Shown here in pieces: positions 11,997 through 26,296 of a stretch of 64,000 bases of DNA. Under the pieces are notes generated by a model, which was given only the letters and a program-made list of their open reading frames with translations, was not told the DNA's origin and ran no database searches. How positions within the stretch are numbered: the first letter of the stretch is position 1; each line of letters begins with the position of its first letter. The DNA is from Octopus bimaculoides (lineage: Eukaryota). Where the stretch lies: positions 3,557,245 through 3,621,244 of the forward strand of contig NC_068988.1 in the NCBI RefSeq assembly GCF_001194135.2, in the 5' to 3' direction. Position numbers and translations under genes: made by a program.

Positions 11997-12020
11997 TGAT
12001 GATGATGATGATGATGATGA
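11926..12020. repeat. (AAT)n followed by (GAT)n trinucleotide repeat
   Basis: Directly visible; similar (ATT)n at 15302-15400. Confidence 0.97.
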
Positions 12021-12157
12021 AACCGAAAATAGAAACGAAGCTGGANNNNNNNNNNNNNNNNNNNNNNNNNNNNNNNNNNNNNNNNNNNNNNNNNNNNNNN
12101 NNNNNNNNNNNNNNNNNNNNNNNNNNNNNNNNNNNNNNNNNNNNNNNNNNNNNNNNN

Positions 12158-12265
12158 TGTCTGAGCAGAGATTAGTTGATCAAGCTATGTTTAAAGTGTC
12201 TGAGCAGAGATTAGTTGATCAAGCTATGTTTAAAGTGTCTGAGCAGAGATTAGTTGATCAAGCTA
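12158..12265 (+). repeat. 39-bp tandem repeat (about 2.8 copies) within the LINE 5' region
   Basis: tgtctgagcagagattagttgatcaagctatgtttaaag starts at 12158, 12197 and 12236; abuts an N gap. Confidence 0.9.
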
Positions 12266-12500
12266 ATGCTAGTAGAAGAAAGTGGATGACAGAATTGGAG
12301 GTAGAAGAGACCACAAGAGAACTGGAAAAGAAAGACCAGGCAGTGGGAAAGACAAACAACAACATAGAAGAGATACATCTCAAACCAAAGAACCTAAAGG
12401 AAAAAATAATAGTAGCACTACCAATAAGGAAGGGGAAACTGGTACCAGCGACTTTAGTGATTTAAGTGATAAAGAGCAAATATAAATAATAATAATAATA

Positions 12501-13660
12501 ATGTTTATATATATCCAATGTATTGAAGTTGGTAGAGACTTTATAAAGTGAGAAAACTATTACAAAATAACCACCATAGGATTACAGAATATCTACTTCA
12601 CAAGTAAGGAAAACTGATACAATACACAAGCAAAACAAAAAACTGTTTTCTGTCTTTAAGGAAGCTGAAAAATACAAAAACGAAGTCATAGTATGTGACA
12701 ACTATGAAGAAAAAGAAGAAGCAACAAAATCTGTAAAGCAATTGAAATCCAAAGTAAGACTGGAACAACAGCGTATCATGATAAAATGATGGCAAGAAAA
12801 GTCCCATTCATAGCACATATTGGGCTAAGCTAAACAGAAAAGAAATAGATAAAGCAAAATCCCAACAATGGCTGAGAAGCTCAGGACTCAAAGCAGAGAC
12901 TGAAGGGGTTTTAATTGCAGTACAATATCAAAGTTTTCCCTACAGAAATCACCAAAAACATGTAATGAAAAGAAATACAAGTAACTGCAGAATATGTGGA
13001 GATGGAGAAGAAACAACAAATTATATTGTTTCTGGCTGCCCAGTCCTGGCTAAAAAGGAATATATTCATAGACACAACAGAGTTAGGATCTACATACACT
13101 GGAAGCTATTCCAAAACTATGAAAAAAAAAACAATGGAAAAAGATGGTATAGGCACATGCTAGAAAAGGTCACAAAAAATGAGAAAGTGATCATACTCCA
13201 GGATATACCAATACACACAGGTAGAAATATGAAAGCTAATAGACCAGGTATAGTTGTCAGAAATCACCAAGAAAAAAGATGCCTTCTAATCGATGTATCA
13301 ATACCAACAGATGATAACGTTTCTCTAAAAGAAACAGAGAAACTTTCAAAATATAAAGATCTGGAAATAAAGGTAATTCAAATGTGGAGCCTAAAAATAG
13401 AAACAATTCTTATAATAGTAGGTGCATTAGGTATGATAAAAAAACATTCAGAGAAATACATAACCAAAACACCAGGACTTACATGTGTATATAACATACA
13501 AAAAATAGCACTACTAAGCACCACACACATCCTACGTAAAACATTTTCAATACAGCACCACAATAAACCACAGCACACACCCAAGTCACACAGAGCTGCA
13601 CTCGGTAGTGCAGTGAAAGCACGTGGTAAAAATAAGACTACTGAATAATGATAATAATGT
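12501..13660 (+). mobile_element. R4/Dong-like LINE, 3' 1.15 kb with zinc knuckle, REL domain and 3' UTR
   Basis: ORF 12965-13648: CRICGDGEETTNYIVSGCPVLAKKEYIHRHN, RPGIVVRNHQEKRCLLIDVSIP, KLSKYKDL; (AAT)n on both sides. Confidence 0.92.
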
Positions 13661-15263
13661 TTTAGAAATTTGCTGGGGAAACTGGGATTGACATAAGTGT
13701 AGAACATGCTCAGAAAACTGCTTTTTGGGGGACAGAGAGGATTTTTAGCTTGGTATTTGGGTGTTAAGTATCATAGAAAGAGACTGTATGAGAACTTTGG
13801 TAACAGGTTGTTGTCTGCTCTTACACAATTAGGCACAGCAAATGAAATGTAGAGATCTGGGAAGGGAAACAGGGATAATAATTGTTTCTAATATAGGCAC
13901 AAAACCTGAAATTTGGGAGAAGATTATTCAATTAAATGAACCCAGTATTTTACTGGTACTTTATTTTATCAACCTTCAAAGGATGAAAAGCAAAATTGTC
14001 CTTGGTAAGATTTGAACTCATAATGTAAAGATTTGGATCAAATACCTCATGGTATTTTGTTTGATGATCTTATGAGTCTTCAATTGAATAAAAATATACA
14101 TGTCTATTTAATATAAATAATAAAGTTTTAAAAGATCAATAATTCTCATGTGCAGCAATATTTGCTTTATAAAAAGACCATCATTGTTTAGAAATAATCC
14201 AAGAAAATCTTGTTCTGTGTTCCATCAATGTGTTTATGCTTAACATTTATTTCAACATGCCTTACATAAGAATGAACCAACACACATAAAAAAAGATAAA
14301 TACAGACACATAAACATTGGAAATATCATGTGAGCATGAATAGTGTTCAATATTTACCAAAGATCAGAGAAATAACATCAACAGAAAGAGAAAAATTATG
14401 AAGATTGTAAACATGTGTGAGATGGTGTAAATGTATCTATTTGGGTTTTATCCCACTGTAATAGCACCTTTCATAAATGTCTTGGGTTGACTGATGCCAG
14501 ATTTGGCAAACAGAATATCTGTAGCTATGTGTATAAATAGCATGCAGACGTGGTAGTATGCTTACACAGTATGCTTTGCATACATATGGTTCTGAGTTCA
14601 ACCCTACTATGCAGACTTTTGTCTAAGTGTTTACCACAGTCTTAGATAGCACTGGGGTAGAAAAGCTTAACAAGTAAAATTTGGTAGACAGTAATTGTGT
14701 GACATCTGACCTTGATGATTATTTTATTATACAGGGTATGGTACTTATGACTAATTGAGAAATATTTTTGATCCAAGTTAAGAAATTTCTATCTAGATTT
14801 GACTTTTACATTTGTGATGAAAGCCAACTTAAAAACAAAATGATAATATACTCTCTGTTTGTCCAGTTGTTACTTTGGCGTGGATAAGATGTTGTTTTAC
14901 TCTTTAAATCTTCTCTCTTTCTTTCCTGCAATATTGTAGGAGATGGCAGTTTTATTGAAGCTTATCCTATCTTAAGGTATATTTCTCTTAATACTGAAAT
15001 TAGATAATTTTAACAAGAGTCTTCATTCCTATAAATAGAGAAGCTGATCATTTGACATTCTATATGTTAATTAAATATTTTCTATATTAATCTAATTAAT
15101 TTATAACCATCTCTGTAGTGTGACAATGTAACATGATCATCATTACTCAATCTTATGTGAAAGGTTTGAATCTCGTTTTTAGTGTGCTATAATGTATAGA
15201 GCAGACAGGTCATATGTGTGTGGATAGGTGTATGTACATGTGTATATATGGATGAGGGTCATA

Positions 15264-15401
<138 letters not shown>

Positions 15402-15419
15402 ATTGAACATCATGCATCC

Positions 15420-15660
15420 ATTTCCAAGTAAATTTATCTTCACCCTTTTGATGCAACTGTTTTTCTTTGCTCCTCTTCATTCACAAACTCCTTCCACACA
15501 CCACTTGTCACTTCATCCAACTATTATCTTACACATCCATGCCATTCACATATCAGTGCACACTGCAGCCAATACATCTTCATATAGCCTATGCCAATTT
15601 TCCCCTCAGCGTACTGATGCTCCATCATTCATGCAACTTTTGCATACCCTGTGTATTTAA
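15420..15660 (-). mobile_element. RTE-clade LINE 3' fragment, decayed
   Basis: Minus-strand remnants resembling RLxWxGHVxRM...WMK...VEGV...GR..K(T)W. Confidence 0.55.
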
Positions 15661-16043
15661 CACTCGTATTTCACCATTTTATAATATCAAACTCTGTATG
15701 CAGGCATCATAAAATGTGGCTTTCACTTGAGGGAAGAATACTTTTGCTACAACGCTTTCCCACCAATCTCTGCTGGTTATATCACCAAGATAAATGAAGA
15801 AATCTACTTCTAGCAAGCCTTGAGGGAATTCAAAGGAATTCATTTCAAGAGTGCTAATTAATTTCTTAAATGTCTAACTCTTCTTATTTCATGTTACAGA
15901 CATTAGCTATTACTTCTTTGAACTTATATATGATAGAAAGATCTTTTAGCTTCCATATATTCTGTCTCCAGTTAGAGTCTTTAGTATTTACAGTCTTATT
16001 TGTTTCTGCCATTTCATGGTGATTATGAGACTTGCATGCTTAC

Positions 16044-16093
16044 CTGAATGGCAGGTAGGATCAAGTTACTGGGTGGCTTTGTAATGTATATAC
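16044..16093 (-). CDS. Candidate coding exon of an unidentified gene (xIYITKPPSNLILPAIQ, phase 1 to 0)
   Basis: Acceptor gatgttgttag, donor CAG|gtaagc, only one open frame; no homology recognised. Confidence 0.2.
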
Positions 16094-17399
16094 CTAACAA
16101 CATCTCTGCATGCATATGCATGTGTACATACCTACATAATTCAATGGGGCCAATGATATGATGCGTTTAATGTCATGCATAATAAGCTTTTGTGTAAATT
16201 AATGCTTGAAAACGGTGGGGGAACTAGCTAAAATAAAAGTATCAAGCTTGGTCTATTTGCTCTCATCACTGTAGTAGAGTCTAACCTTGCTTATAGAGCA
16301 GTTATTGCATTTTTACATAGGGAAAAGGAGATACATCTTTGACCAAGGATACTTTGCTCAACTGAGGGTATCCTCTACTGACAAGATCAGGATAGACCAA
16401 AACACATGTCCATTGCCGTTCCCTCATTGCAAGTTTCCCTGTAGTGAGGCTTCTACTTACAATTCACTCAGATCCCCAGTTTAGGATACTGGCCCAATTA
16501 TATAGCCATAAAGGGTAAAAGTCAACTATGAGACATTAACTGTGTCACTATAAAAGGTATAAATGTTAATGTGATCATATTTAGACCAAATAAGCAGTAG
16601 ACTTGAAAGTAATTTTTTGTGAATTTTCCCAAAATAGTTCTGCTGAAGATTCTAGAAGCTTAAATAAAAATTATTAAAAGCTGGGAAACTAGCTACACTC
16701 TTAAACGGAAAACATCATGGGCTACACACCTCTGTAAGTCAGTTTTGTGGTAAGTTAATCTCATTTTTTCTATTTATTCTGTCTCCAATAAACATGAACA
16801 ATTTTTATATAATTGACTAAAATATTTTATGTAATGAAGACATCTATCTATTGCATTCATTATCTCTTGATCATTATTTTATTCAAATAATTATTGCTTG
16901 TGAATATAAATGTTTCAGCTCATAACAAATATGGAATGACTGCGCTAGTATTAGTTGTCGTTCTGTCATTCTTATTTTCACACACTGCTCACAAATTATT
17001 GTGTACAACCAATGTTGAATTAATGATAAAGACACACAAAAATGATGCAAAGAAATAGAGCTTTTTTCATAAGTATGCAAATTTACAAGAATTCTTCCCT
17101 TCTCTTGGAGTCGATTTATTTGCCTCAAATCCTTCAAAAGAATTTGTGTACAGCACGTTGGGTATATGCCCCCCCCATCTAACACACACACACACACACA
17201 CACACGTAACAGAAGTAAGAAGATAAAGGATGAAATTAGCAGAGCCTAATTATAAGTTACATTTCAGTAACACAGTGTTTCTTCGACCATCACATATAAA
17301 TGGTTTCATAAGAAAAGGTAGGCAGTTTGTGTGGTTGATTATATTAAAGTGACACTTCATCAAAGTAGCATCAAGTTGTGTTTTTATATTGTGGGAAGA

Positions 17400-17770
17400 A
17401 CAGGTATTTATGCAATATCCCTGCATATCTCACGTCTATTTTCATTCCTCCACTTCACACTCTATTTCATATCTTATCTAGAATAACTATTGCTTAACCA
17501 TTTTCTCACACCGTCTCTGATGAAGGGAAATATAAAATATCCTGGAAACAGCTGTAAGACCTTCTCTTTATAAATGTTCTGAAATCTTTCACAGCCTTGG
17601 ATTTTTATCCCATTCTGTTAATTTCTTTATATATACACATGCTGATATATGACCTACGTTGGACTCCTCATTCACATAATCACCAAACCTGGAGCTTAAC
17701 TATGGTCTGTTCATAACACTTACTCAGCATTACCTGACACCTTTGAGTTTTTTGACACAATTACCTCTCA
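17400..17770 (+). mobile_element. Penelope-type pseudo-LTR or non-autonomous repeat carrying a hammerhead
   Basis: Contains the hammerhead at 17513-17560, plus a stem-II-like remnant (ggtatttatgcaatatcc) at 17403-17420. Confidence 0.5.
17513..17560 (+). ncRNA. Near-intact minimal type-I hammerhead ribozyme
   Basis: GTCT-CTGATGA-stem II (GGGAAAT/ATATCCT)-GAAA-C-AGCT-GT-A-AGAC: full core, stem I GTCT/AGAC, palindromic stem III ACAGCTGT, GUA cleavage triplet. Confidence 0.8.
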
Positions 17771-17938
17771 TAACCTCTATCTATCTATCTATCTGAAACA
17801 TGGGGTAGATGGAACAGGGTCGTCTCGTTTCTCTGTTTTTTTCGTTGTTCAAAAAAATGTTTGTCTTTTGTTTTTGTTTCTCATTGTGATAACGTTTTTT
17901 TCTATGATGTCTTCTACCCATATATGCATATATTTATA

Positions 17939-17999
<61 letters not shown>

Positions 18000-18712
18000 G
18001 TGTTACTGAAATGTAACTTTATAATTAGGCTCTGCTAATTTCATCCTTTATCTTCTTACTTCTGTTACGTGTGTGTGTGTGTGTGTTAGGTGGGGGGGGG
18101 GCATATACCCAACGTGCTCTACACACGCATATATACATACTTATCTATCACTCTATCTGTCTATCTATCTATATATATGTACAGCAGGTTTTAACAGTGT
18201 CAAGCAGTATATTACTGGTTATGGAATACAGTTAGAATGTCATAGATGGTTTCACACCAAAGGGTGTGTGTTTGTGTGTATACGTAGTTGATTGTGCCGA
18301 TGTCACATAAAAGTACCCAGCACACTCTGTAAAGTGGTTGGTGTTAGGAACAGAAACCAAGTCAAATCAAACTAGAATTTTGGGGTAGCTCTGACTTGCC
18401 AGCTCTGGTCAAATCATCCAACCCATGCCAGCATCAAAGAAAGAGAGAGATAGATAGGTATAAAGTGTATGTGAGTGTATGTATATATATGTATGTGTGT
18501 GGATGTGTTTGTGTCCCCCCCCTCCCACAACATCGCTTGACATCCGATGCTGGTGTGTTTACGTCCCCGTAACCTAGCAGTTCGGCAAAAAGAGTCAGAT
18601 AGAATAATTATTAGGCTTACAAAGAATAAGTCCTGAGGTCGATTTGCTCGACTAAAAGGTGGTGCTCCAGCATGGCCATAATCAAATGACTGAAACAAAT
18701 AAAAGAATAAAA

Positions 18713-18757
<45 letters not shown>

Positions 18758-19376
18758 CACACATACATATATATATAATGTATATAAGTGTGGGTTGATG
18801 AGTTGATGAAATGGAAATTATCAGCCATGCTCCTAATCAATTGTATTGCCTGTGAGTGACCTGTAGGGGAAACCTAAAATATTTATCAAATTTCATATCA
18901 GGGGATATTTTCTTTGTTTCGTTTTTCTAATCATTTTTTAGTTTTATTTTCCTTATCATATTGTTAACAAAGATATGGAAAATGTGATATGGAATGAATA
19001 CATTGAAAATTAGTGCCTGTAATCAATAAATATATTCAAATAACACAATTTAATTAAAAATTTGAATACATAAAGATAAACACACATTATGAATATGCAA
19101 TGTGTTTGCATTATTATTATAGAATGTGGAAAAATTTAGAAATATACATGTGTCAGTATATCTTTGCTTCTCATTTGAACTGGACACATAAAAGAGAAGG
19201 TCAGCATTGAATGGAAACAAAATCTATATGTGAAAACAAACAATATTACAATATGCTCTTAAATATCACAAACACATACATACACGTTTATGTACACACA
19301 TGTTAATATACATATACATACATATATAGGAACCTTTTGGATATATACATGCACATGTATATATATATTGAATATG

Positions 19377-19434
<58 letters not shown>

Positions 19435-20476
19435 NNNNNNNNNNNNNNNNNNNNNNNNNNNNNNNNNNNNNNNNNNNNNNNNNNNNNNNNNNNNNNNNNN
19501 NNNNNNNNNNNNNNNNNNNNNNNNNNNNNNNNNNNNNNNNNNNNNNNNNNNNNNNNNNNNNNNNNNNNNNNNNNNNNNNNNNNNNNNNNNNNNNNNNNNN
19601 NNNNNNNNNNNNNNNNNNNNNNNNNNNNNNNNNNNNNNNNNNNNNNNNNNNNNNNNNNNNNNNNNNNNNNNNNNNNNNNNNNNNNNNNNNNNNNNNNNNN
19701 NNNNNNCCTCTGTATTGTTTGGTTCTTTCTAGAATACCAAAATCAAATTTATCTGTTTATTTATTTATTTATTGATTACAGTTGTTACCTAATTGCTTTT
19801 GACCATCAAGGTCATTGATTCAAATAATAGAATATTTAATGCATAATAAATCTGTTTTTTTTTTTTCTTTTATGGAATTCAAACAATCTGAAATCTAATT
19901 AGAATTAATTGGTAACACATAAAATATTCAGTCTTTAACTTCTAAACTAAACATGTTAGAAAACACACACAAAAGCAATGCAAAAAACAAAACTAAATAA
20001 TTTATGGGCAGAAACTTCTTCAGAAACACTTCTCTCTCTCTCTCCCCTCTCTCTTTCTCTCTTCCTCACTGTGTATTTACATATGTATATATATATGTAT
20101 ATATATACATGAATGTTGAACAATGAGAATGAGTGCTCAACACCACATTGGTTGATGAAATTTCCTTGTTTGTGTATGAAGGCTACCATTGGTTTCATGT
20201 TAAGATATTTTCTTAACATGAAACCAGTGGTGACCTCAATACACAATATATATATACATAAATATATATATATACATACACACACACAAGTACATGCACA
20301 CATGCAAATATATATGAATGTATATAGATGTGTGTATATATTTTTTCCCCCCAAATTTGTGTGAATATGTATAGAATAATATATCAGTTGAATAAAATCA
20401 AAACATGGTCTGGTTTTCACATTTTTTATTATGGAATTTTAACATAAAAAAAATATTTTGTAATGTTCATAAAGTT

Positions 20477-20516
20477 CAATTACCGCTTTCATACGTTTGT
20501 AGTAATCATCAGATTC
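20477..20516 (-). ncRNA. Degenerate hammerhead 3' of the Penelope ORF
   Basis: Minus strand GAAT-CTGATGA-T-TAC-(7 nt)-GTA-T-GAAA-GCGGTA-ATTG: core intact, stems short or mutated. Confidence 0.5.
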
Positions 20517-20714
20517 CAAAATGCATTTAACTGACAGTTGAGTTCTTGACAACTGCAGTACCTCTTAGATTGCTCAAATAAGCTGAATTTTTGCAATACA
20601 GTTTTGACCAATATGCATGCAGCTTAAACATCACAGTTTTCCAGGTGTAGCGATATTCTGTAATTTGTTTATATTTATATGTTAAAGATATTTTTTAATC
20701 CACATCATTAACTG

Positions 20715-21655
20715 GTTGTTATATTATTGTTATTTCCATTCAGAACAGGTTTGAACATTTTAATAAACAGTTTTTCTTTTATCTTTCTTCCAACCTCACT
20801 TGTCATGTAGTTTGAGGAAAGGAAAAATTAGAAACATTTTCTGACCACATGCTTCTATAAGTTCACTCACTGGAATTTGGCAAATATTGGTGTTCCAGAT
20901 TTGTTGTGAGTGGACTCATAAGTGTTCCATTAATGCATTCCGTCTCATATATAGTTCCTTGTAATTCGGGAATTTAATGCAGTATTTCAAATTTCTGCAT
21001 TTGTGAAAATTTGTCCAGTTTTTGTTCTAATGGATCTACCTGTATGCATGTATTAACATGTTCCACATCTGTTATCATTACACTTGGATACTGTGAATGT
21101 GTTATCTCATTTGTTCATGTTGAATTTTGCCTTTGTTAAATAGTTTCTTTAGGTTATGTGGTTGCCTTTTGCTTGTTATGTTTTGTAATTTTTCACTTTG
21201 TTTTATGATTGGCAAATTTGTTTTGATGATGTTAAAAATGTTTTGGTGATGCAAATTGTGTGTTACTAGAAATGGGATTGTGTTCCATTGATGGATTCGT
21301 CTTTTTCGTGTTGCCTTAAGTTGTTCTACAGGTAGCTCTGTTGCTTATTGTATGCTATTTTCAATAAGTAGGAGAGCAGAAATCCTTTGAGTTCTACAAG
21401 TCATGTATTTCTGGTATTTGGATTATTGACTATAGTACAAATTTTCCTGGCTAAACAGTACAGGATGTTGCATTTCGTGTGTGTTGGGTGGCATGACATG
21501 AAATTTAGGTACTGGTGTGTATCTGTGCTTTTGTAATAAATATCAGTTGTGATTGTGGTGTTGTTTTTAATTACCATTATGTTTAAGAAATGGTAATTAT
21601 GTATTGCTCATTTCTCTTGTGAATTTGAAACTATGGTGTAGATTGTTGAGAAGGC
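20715..21655 (-). mobile_element. Penelope-like element: RT C-terminus, linker and GIY-YIG region, decayed
   Basis: LLNNLHHSFKFT, IMVIKNNTTITTDIYYKSTDTHQYLNFMSCHPTHTKCNILYCLARKICTIV, KCNDNRCGTC, VHSQQIWNTNICQIPVSELIEAC, KEKLFIKMFKPVLN. Confidence 0.88.
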
Positions 21656-21819
21656 TGACACAATTAGCAGAGATGTAGGTAGAGCAGGATGGAATATGTT
21701 ATAGGAGTTATTACTTCAACAAGTAAAAAGGTCTTTTCTTTAAAGTATAGAGTAGATTGTATGATACTTGTGTTTGAACTGCAATGCTGCATGGTAGCAT
21801 GATCATCGTAATCATAATT

Positions 21820-22060
21820 ATTTAACGTCTGTTGTCCATGCCGGCATGGGTTGGACGGTTTGACCAGAGCTGACATGCTGGAAGGCTGCACCAGACTCCA
21901 GTCTGATTTAGCATGGTTTCTCCAGCTGGATGCCTTTCCTAATGCCAACCACTCCCAGAGTGCAATGAGTGTTTTTACGTGCCACCAGCATGAGTGCCAT
22001 TTGCATGACACCAATATCTACCATGACTGTGATTTTGCTTGGCTTTATATGTCTTCTCAA
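21820..22060 (-). mobile_element. SINE, second abundant family
   Basis: catgccggcatgggttggacgg...ggcatccagctg...gagtggttggcattagg, reverse complement of the copy at 48890-49050; related pieces at 18280-18430, 38500-38650 and 58390-58480. Confidence 0.8.
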
Positions 22061-22389
22061 GCATGACATAATGCCGAAGGTCTGGGTCATTGCCTCTGTG
22101 TGGCCCAACGCTCAAGGGGAACTCAGCCACTTTGCTCCCATGAGGCCCAACACTCAAAAGGTGCCAGTTACATGACACCAGCATCAGTCACGTCTATGAT
22201 TTTACTTGCTTTGACCAGTTCTCTCAAGCACAGCATATTGCCAAAGGTCTCAGTCGCTAGTTATTTTCTCTGTGAGGCTCAAAGTTCAAAAGTCATGCTT
22301 CCCCACCTCGTCCCATGTCTTCCTGATATAGGCTTTAAAACCAAGCAACTCACAAAGACTAGAAAGAAATAGGGCCAGCTTGATCTTTA

Positions 22390-22700
22390 GGGTGTGCAAT
22401 GTTAGTGTGTGTGAACAGCAGAGTGTAAACAGGCCAAGACAAAAACTGGGGATAAGAGAAATAAGGTGTGGTTTGTAAGTGAGAGAAGGTTGAGCTGGTT
22501 TGAGTATGCAATGTGCATGGAAGATGATTGCTGTATAATGAAATGCTAAGCACTCTAAAGTAAGTGGAACCAAGGAAGGCTTAAGATGAAGTCATGTATG
22601 CTAACGTGAAGATGATCCATATCACAAAGGAGATAACAAAGAACTGACAATGCATGGTGTTGCAGAAATCAATCCACCAATAGCTAAATGTATTCTGATA
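22390..22700 (+). mobile_element. RTE-clade LINE 3' fragment
   Basis: KLGIREIRCGL...RRLSWFEYAMCMEDDCCIMKC, resembling the RTE RRLRWFGHVMRM region; a similar relic lies at 23770-24100. Confidence 0.7.
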
Positions 22701-22933
22701 CAAGAATAGCGTTTAGAAACCAAATATATGTTATAAAGCAAAGCCTGCCATTGCAGCTTGCTCCCCTCCCTTGTACCCTTCCCAGCCTCTCAAGTCTCCA
22801 TGCCATCTGCTGATTGCATCATCCACTTTATTTTAGTCAAACCTCTTCACCCTCCCCTAACCTTTGGTCTTCTCCTCACTCTCTACCCAAGACATACCAG
22901 CTTTAACTAACCATAATACCATCCAACATCCAT

Positions 22934-23022
<89 letters not shown>

Positions 23023-23454
23023 GTCTCACCTCCATTGTTACTTAGCACCTACATATGCCTTCATCTTATCACTCATCCACAACCGCTTTTGACAATCAGT
23101 TCTCTACTGATTCCACTCCACTCTTCCAAAAGCCTTTCCCATCATCTTCCTATGTCTTCCCCCATCCTTCCAATGCCTTCCTATCTCCTCTCCCCCCTCC
23201 TATGTCACCCGAGCAATTAAGCATGTTGTAGATTATTGAGTACAACCTCTGTGCATACAACACTGAATCTTAGCAATATGCAACATCGCAGAACCATCCA
23301 ACTTGTGCAGAAAGAGAAGAATAAATATTAAACTAATGGTTATATCATATATATATGTATACACACATACACACACATATATATATATACATACATACAC
23401 ACACATATATATATACATACACACATACATACATACGCATATATATATATACAT

Positions 23455-23493
<39 letters not shown>

Positions 23494-25275
23494 CACATAC
23501 ATGTATACATACACACACATACAAACAAACACACACATATATATATATATATACATACATAGAGAGAAAGAGAGAGAGAGTGTGAGAGAGATAGACATAT
23601 CTACCTGCATTTAAGCATATATATATCGATATAGAGGGGAGACAGAGGGAGATGTATTTGCTAATTAGCAATCAAACTAAAGCTGACATGAGATTCTCAG
23701 AATAAAAAAAAAGACCTTGAGTGAAACAAAGATTTGTAAGGTATTTGTAAAGCATTTCAATACTTACACCATCTATGGTAGTGTCACATAATGCATATTT
23801 GTTCAGGCTCTGCTAATTGATGAGAAGATGCATTGTTGAAGGCATAGAAAGATATGCTACAGTAATAAAGGCAACTGTGGTCTGTTAGCGCTTTATGGAA
23901 ATGTGCAAAACAGATTGAATATGGTTAAACTGATAATGCAAGAATCAATAAATGGCATCCATCATTGTGAAAGAGGTAAGCAGAGAAAGGTAGAAGAATC
24001 TGGTGGGGTGGGCGGAAATGGGGTTGTGGAGATACGTTGATTCAAACAGACAATATGTGAATAAGATGTCAATACATTGGTAAAAATATGCCATGAATAG
24101 GTGTTACGACATAAATTAGATACTAGAGAGTGATAATATCACTTTATATAACAATTATAACTTTTGGACAGAGCATTCTATATGAATCAGTAAATTTCTA
24201 CCCCTATTCAACCCACCCAAATATGAAACCTGCACTTAATACTAACTGTAATACTGAGAAATGATACTCATTTAATAAAAAAATAATGATAATTTATTTA
24301 TATAGTTTTTTTTTTTTTAACTGAGAACAACTTCCCTTTGGGAAATATTGTTGACTGCCTACCCTTAAGAAGTAAATTCTTTATGATCCTTCCTAGGTAC
24401 TGGCTCCACTTGTCAAAAATTTAAACAATCACTGGGAAATGGGGCTCAGATTGAGCCTTTGGGGATCTACATGTAATTGTTGTTGCTGAACCCCAGGTCA
24501 ACTCTAACAAGGCAGAGAGAAGTGGTCAAAAATATTCCAGTACTGATCATCTTGTCTTATAGTCAGACACAGTATATCACCAAAGAGTTCTTCATTTTTT
24601 TAAAAGAGTAGAGCAGTGTTTCCCGACATCTCTACTTCCAAGAACCCCCTTTTATATAAATGTATTTCCCCAAAACCTCAAGTTTTTGCAAAATTTGTCT
24701 ACTCAACAAAATTTGAACAGAGCCTGTAGGGTCCACTGCCAGTACAACCTTAGCTGATCACACCAAGGGATCTGTGGACCCCTTAATGGAAACCCCTATT
24801 CTAAGGAGTAATTTGAGAAAATATTTCTTGCAGGTTGAGCAACTTTGTAAAAGCTTCCTCATTCGCTCAATGAATATTTAACCATCTGGGTAAGAATGAG
24901 CAGTAAAAGAGATTCACAGTGACATGTGTGCAGACTTTAGAAAATAAAATAAAACTTTGAAAGTCGATCTATGAAAAGAAATGGTTACACAAGGCTGGAC
25001 AATCAAACGGTCATCAAGAACTACAAAGAATTTCTTTTTGAAAAATCCTACTTTCTCAAACGCTTACTTCACTTTTAGACTTATTCCTCCACTTCCAGTC
25101 GTTCCATACATATAAGACAGGCTTCTTTCAGTTTCCATCTACCAAATCCACTCACAAGGATTTGATCATCCCGAGGCTATAGCAGAAGACACTTGCCCAA
25201 GGTGCCACACAGTGAGACTGAACCCAGAGCCATGTTGTTGGGAAGCAAGCTTCTTAACACAGTCAATTCTGCACC

Positions 25276-25321
<46 letters not shown>

Positions 25322-26181
25322 ATGCACGTGTGCACAAACACATGCACATGCATACTGACACTGTTAATTCTACAAATATATTAGTGTACAAGGAATGAAT
25401 TTCTTGAAGAATGGAAATTCCTCAAGAAATTTTCTCCAGTGTTCCTTCCCCAAAAATATAATGGTAGATGATACAATCACAAAGAACATGCAAGAATTTA
25501 GAGCTAAGATTAAGACTACTATAAGCAATAAATATAATCATTAAAAATAAAACACACACTCAATGCACATATATAGATATATATATATATACATATATAT
25601 GTACATATATATATCATAAATATATATGTACATATATATATCATAAATACACACACACACACACACACACACAATATATATACATGCACATACATATATA
25701 CTTAAGTATATGTACATATGTATATAATATAAATGCACATGCATACTGACACACATGCTCGCACTCACGCACACACTCATATACAGAGACATACTCACAC
25801 ACACAAACACACACACACACACAGTCCCTGAATGTCGCAGTACAAATTGAACAATCAACTTTACACATCATGCTGCTGAAAGAAAATAATCATAAGATAT
25901 CAAATGCTTACTAAAGGTCATCAGTCATATGTCTGTGTATGTATGTATGCATTTGTGTGTGTGTGTGTATACGATATGGGCACACACACATACCTATGTA
26001 CACACAGACACACACTGCCCTCTATCTCTTCTTCCATAAACAAAACAACCAACATCTGTATTCTCATGTTCTTTTAGGTGAAGCAGATATCTGATTGTTG
26101 GACTGAATGTTGAAGTATTCGGTCTGCATGCATACAAATTTCAGCAAACTTATATAGTGCACACTTACTGTATGTGTATAC

Positions 26182-26213
<32 letters not shown>

Positions 26214-26239
26214 ATGTGTGTGTGTGTGTGCATGCATGC

Positions 26240-26296
<57 letters not shown>

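Noticed and set aside
23769-23813. Minus-strand pseudo-exon QSLNKYALCDTTIDG
   Set aside because: It lies antisense within an RTE LINE relic.
24834-24889. Plus-strand segment with a strong acceptor and donor
   Set aside because: Stops in all three frames; at most a non-coding exon, with no support.
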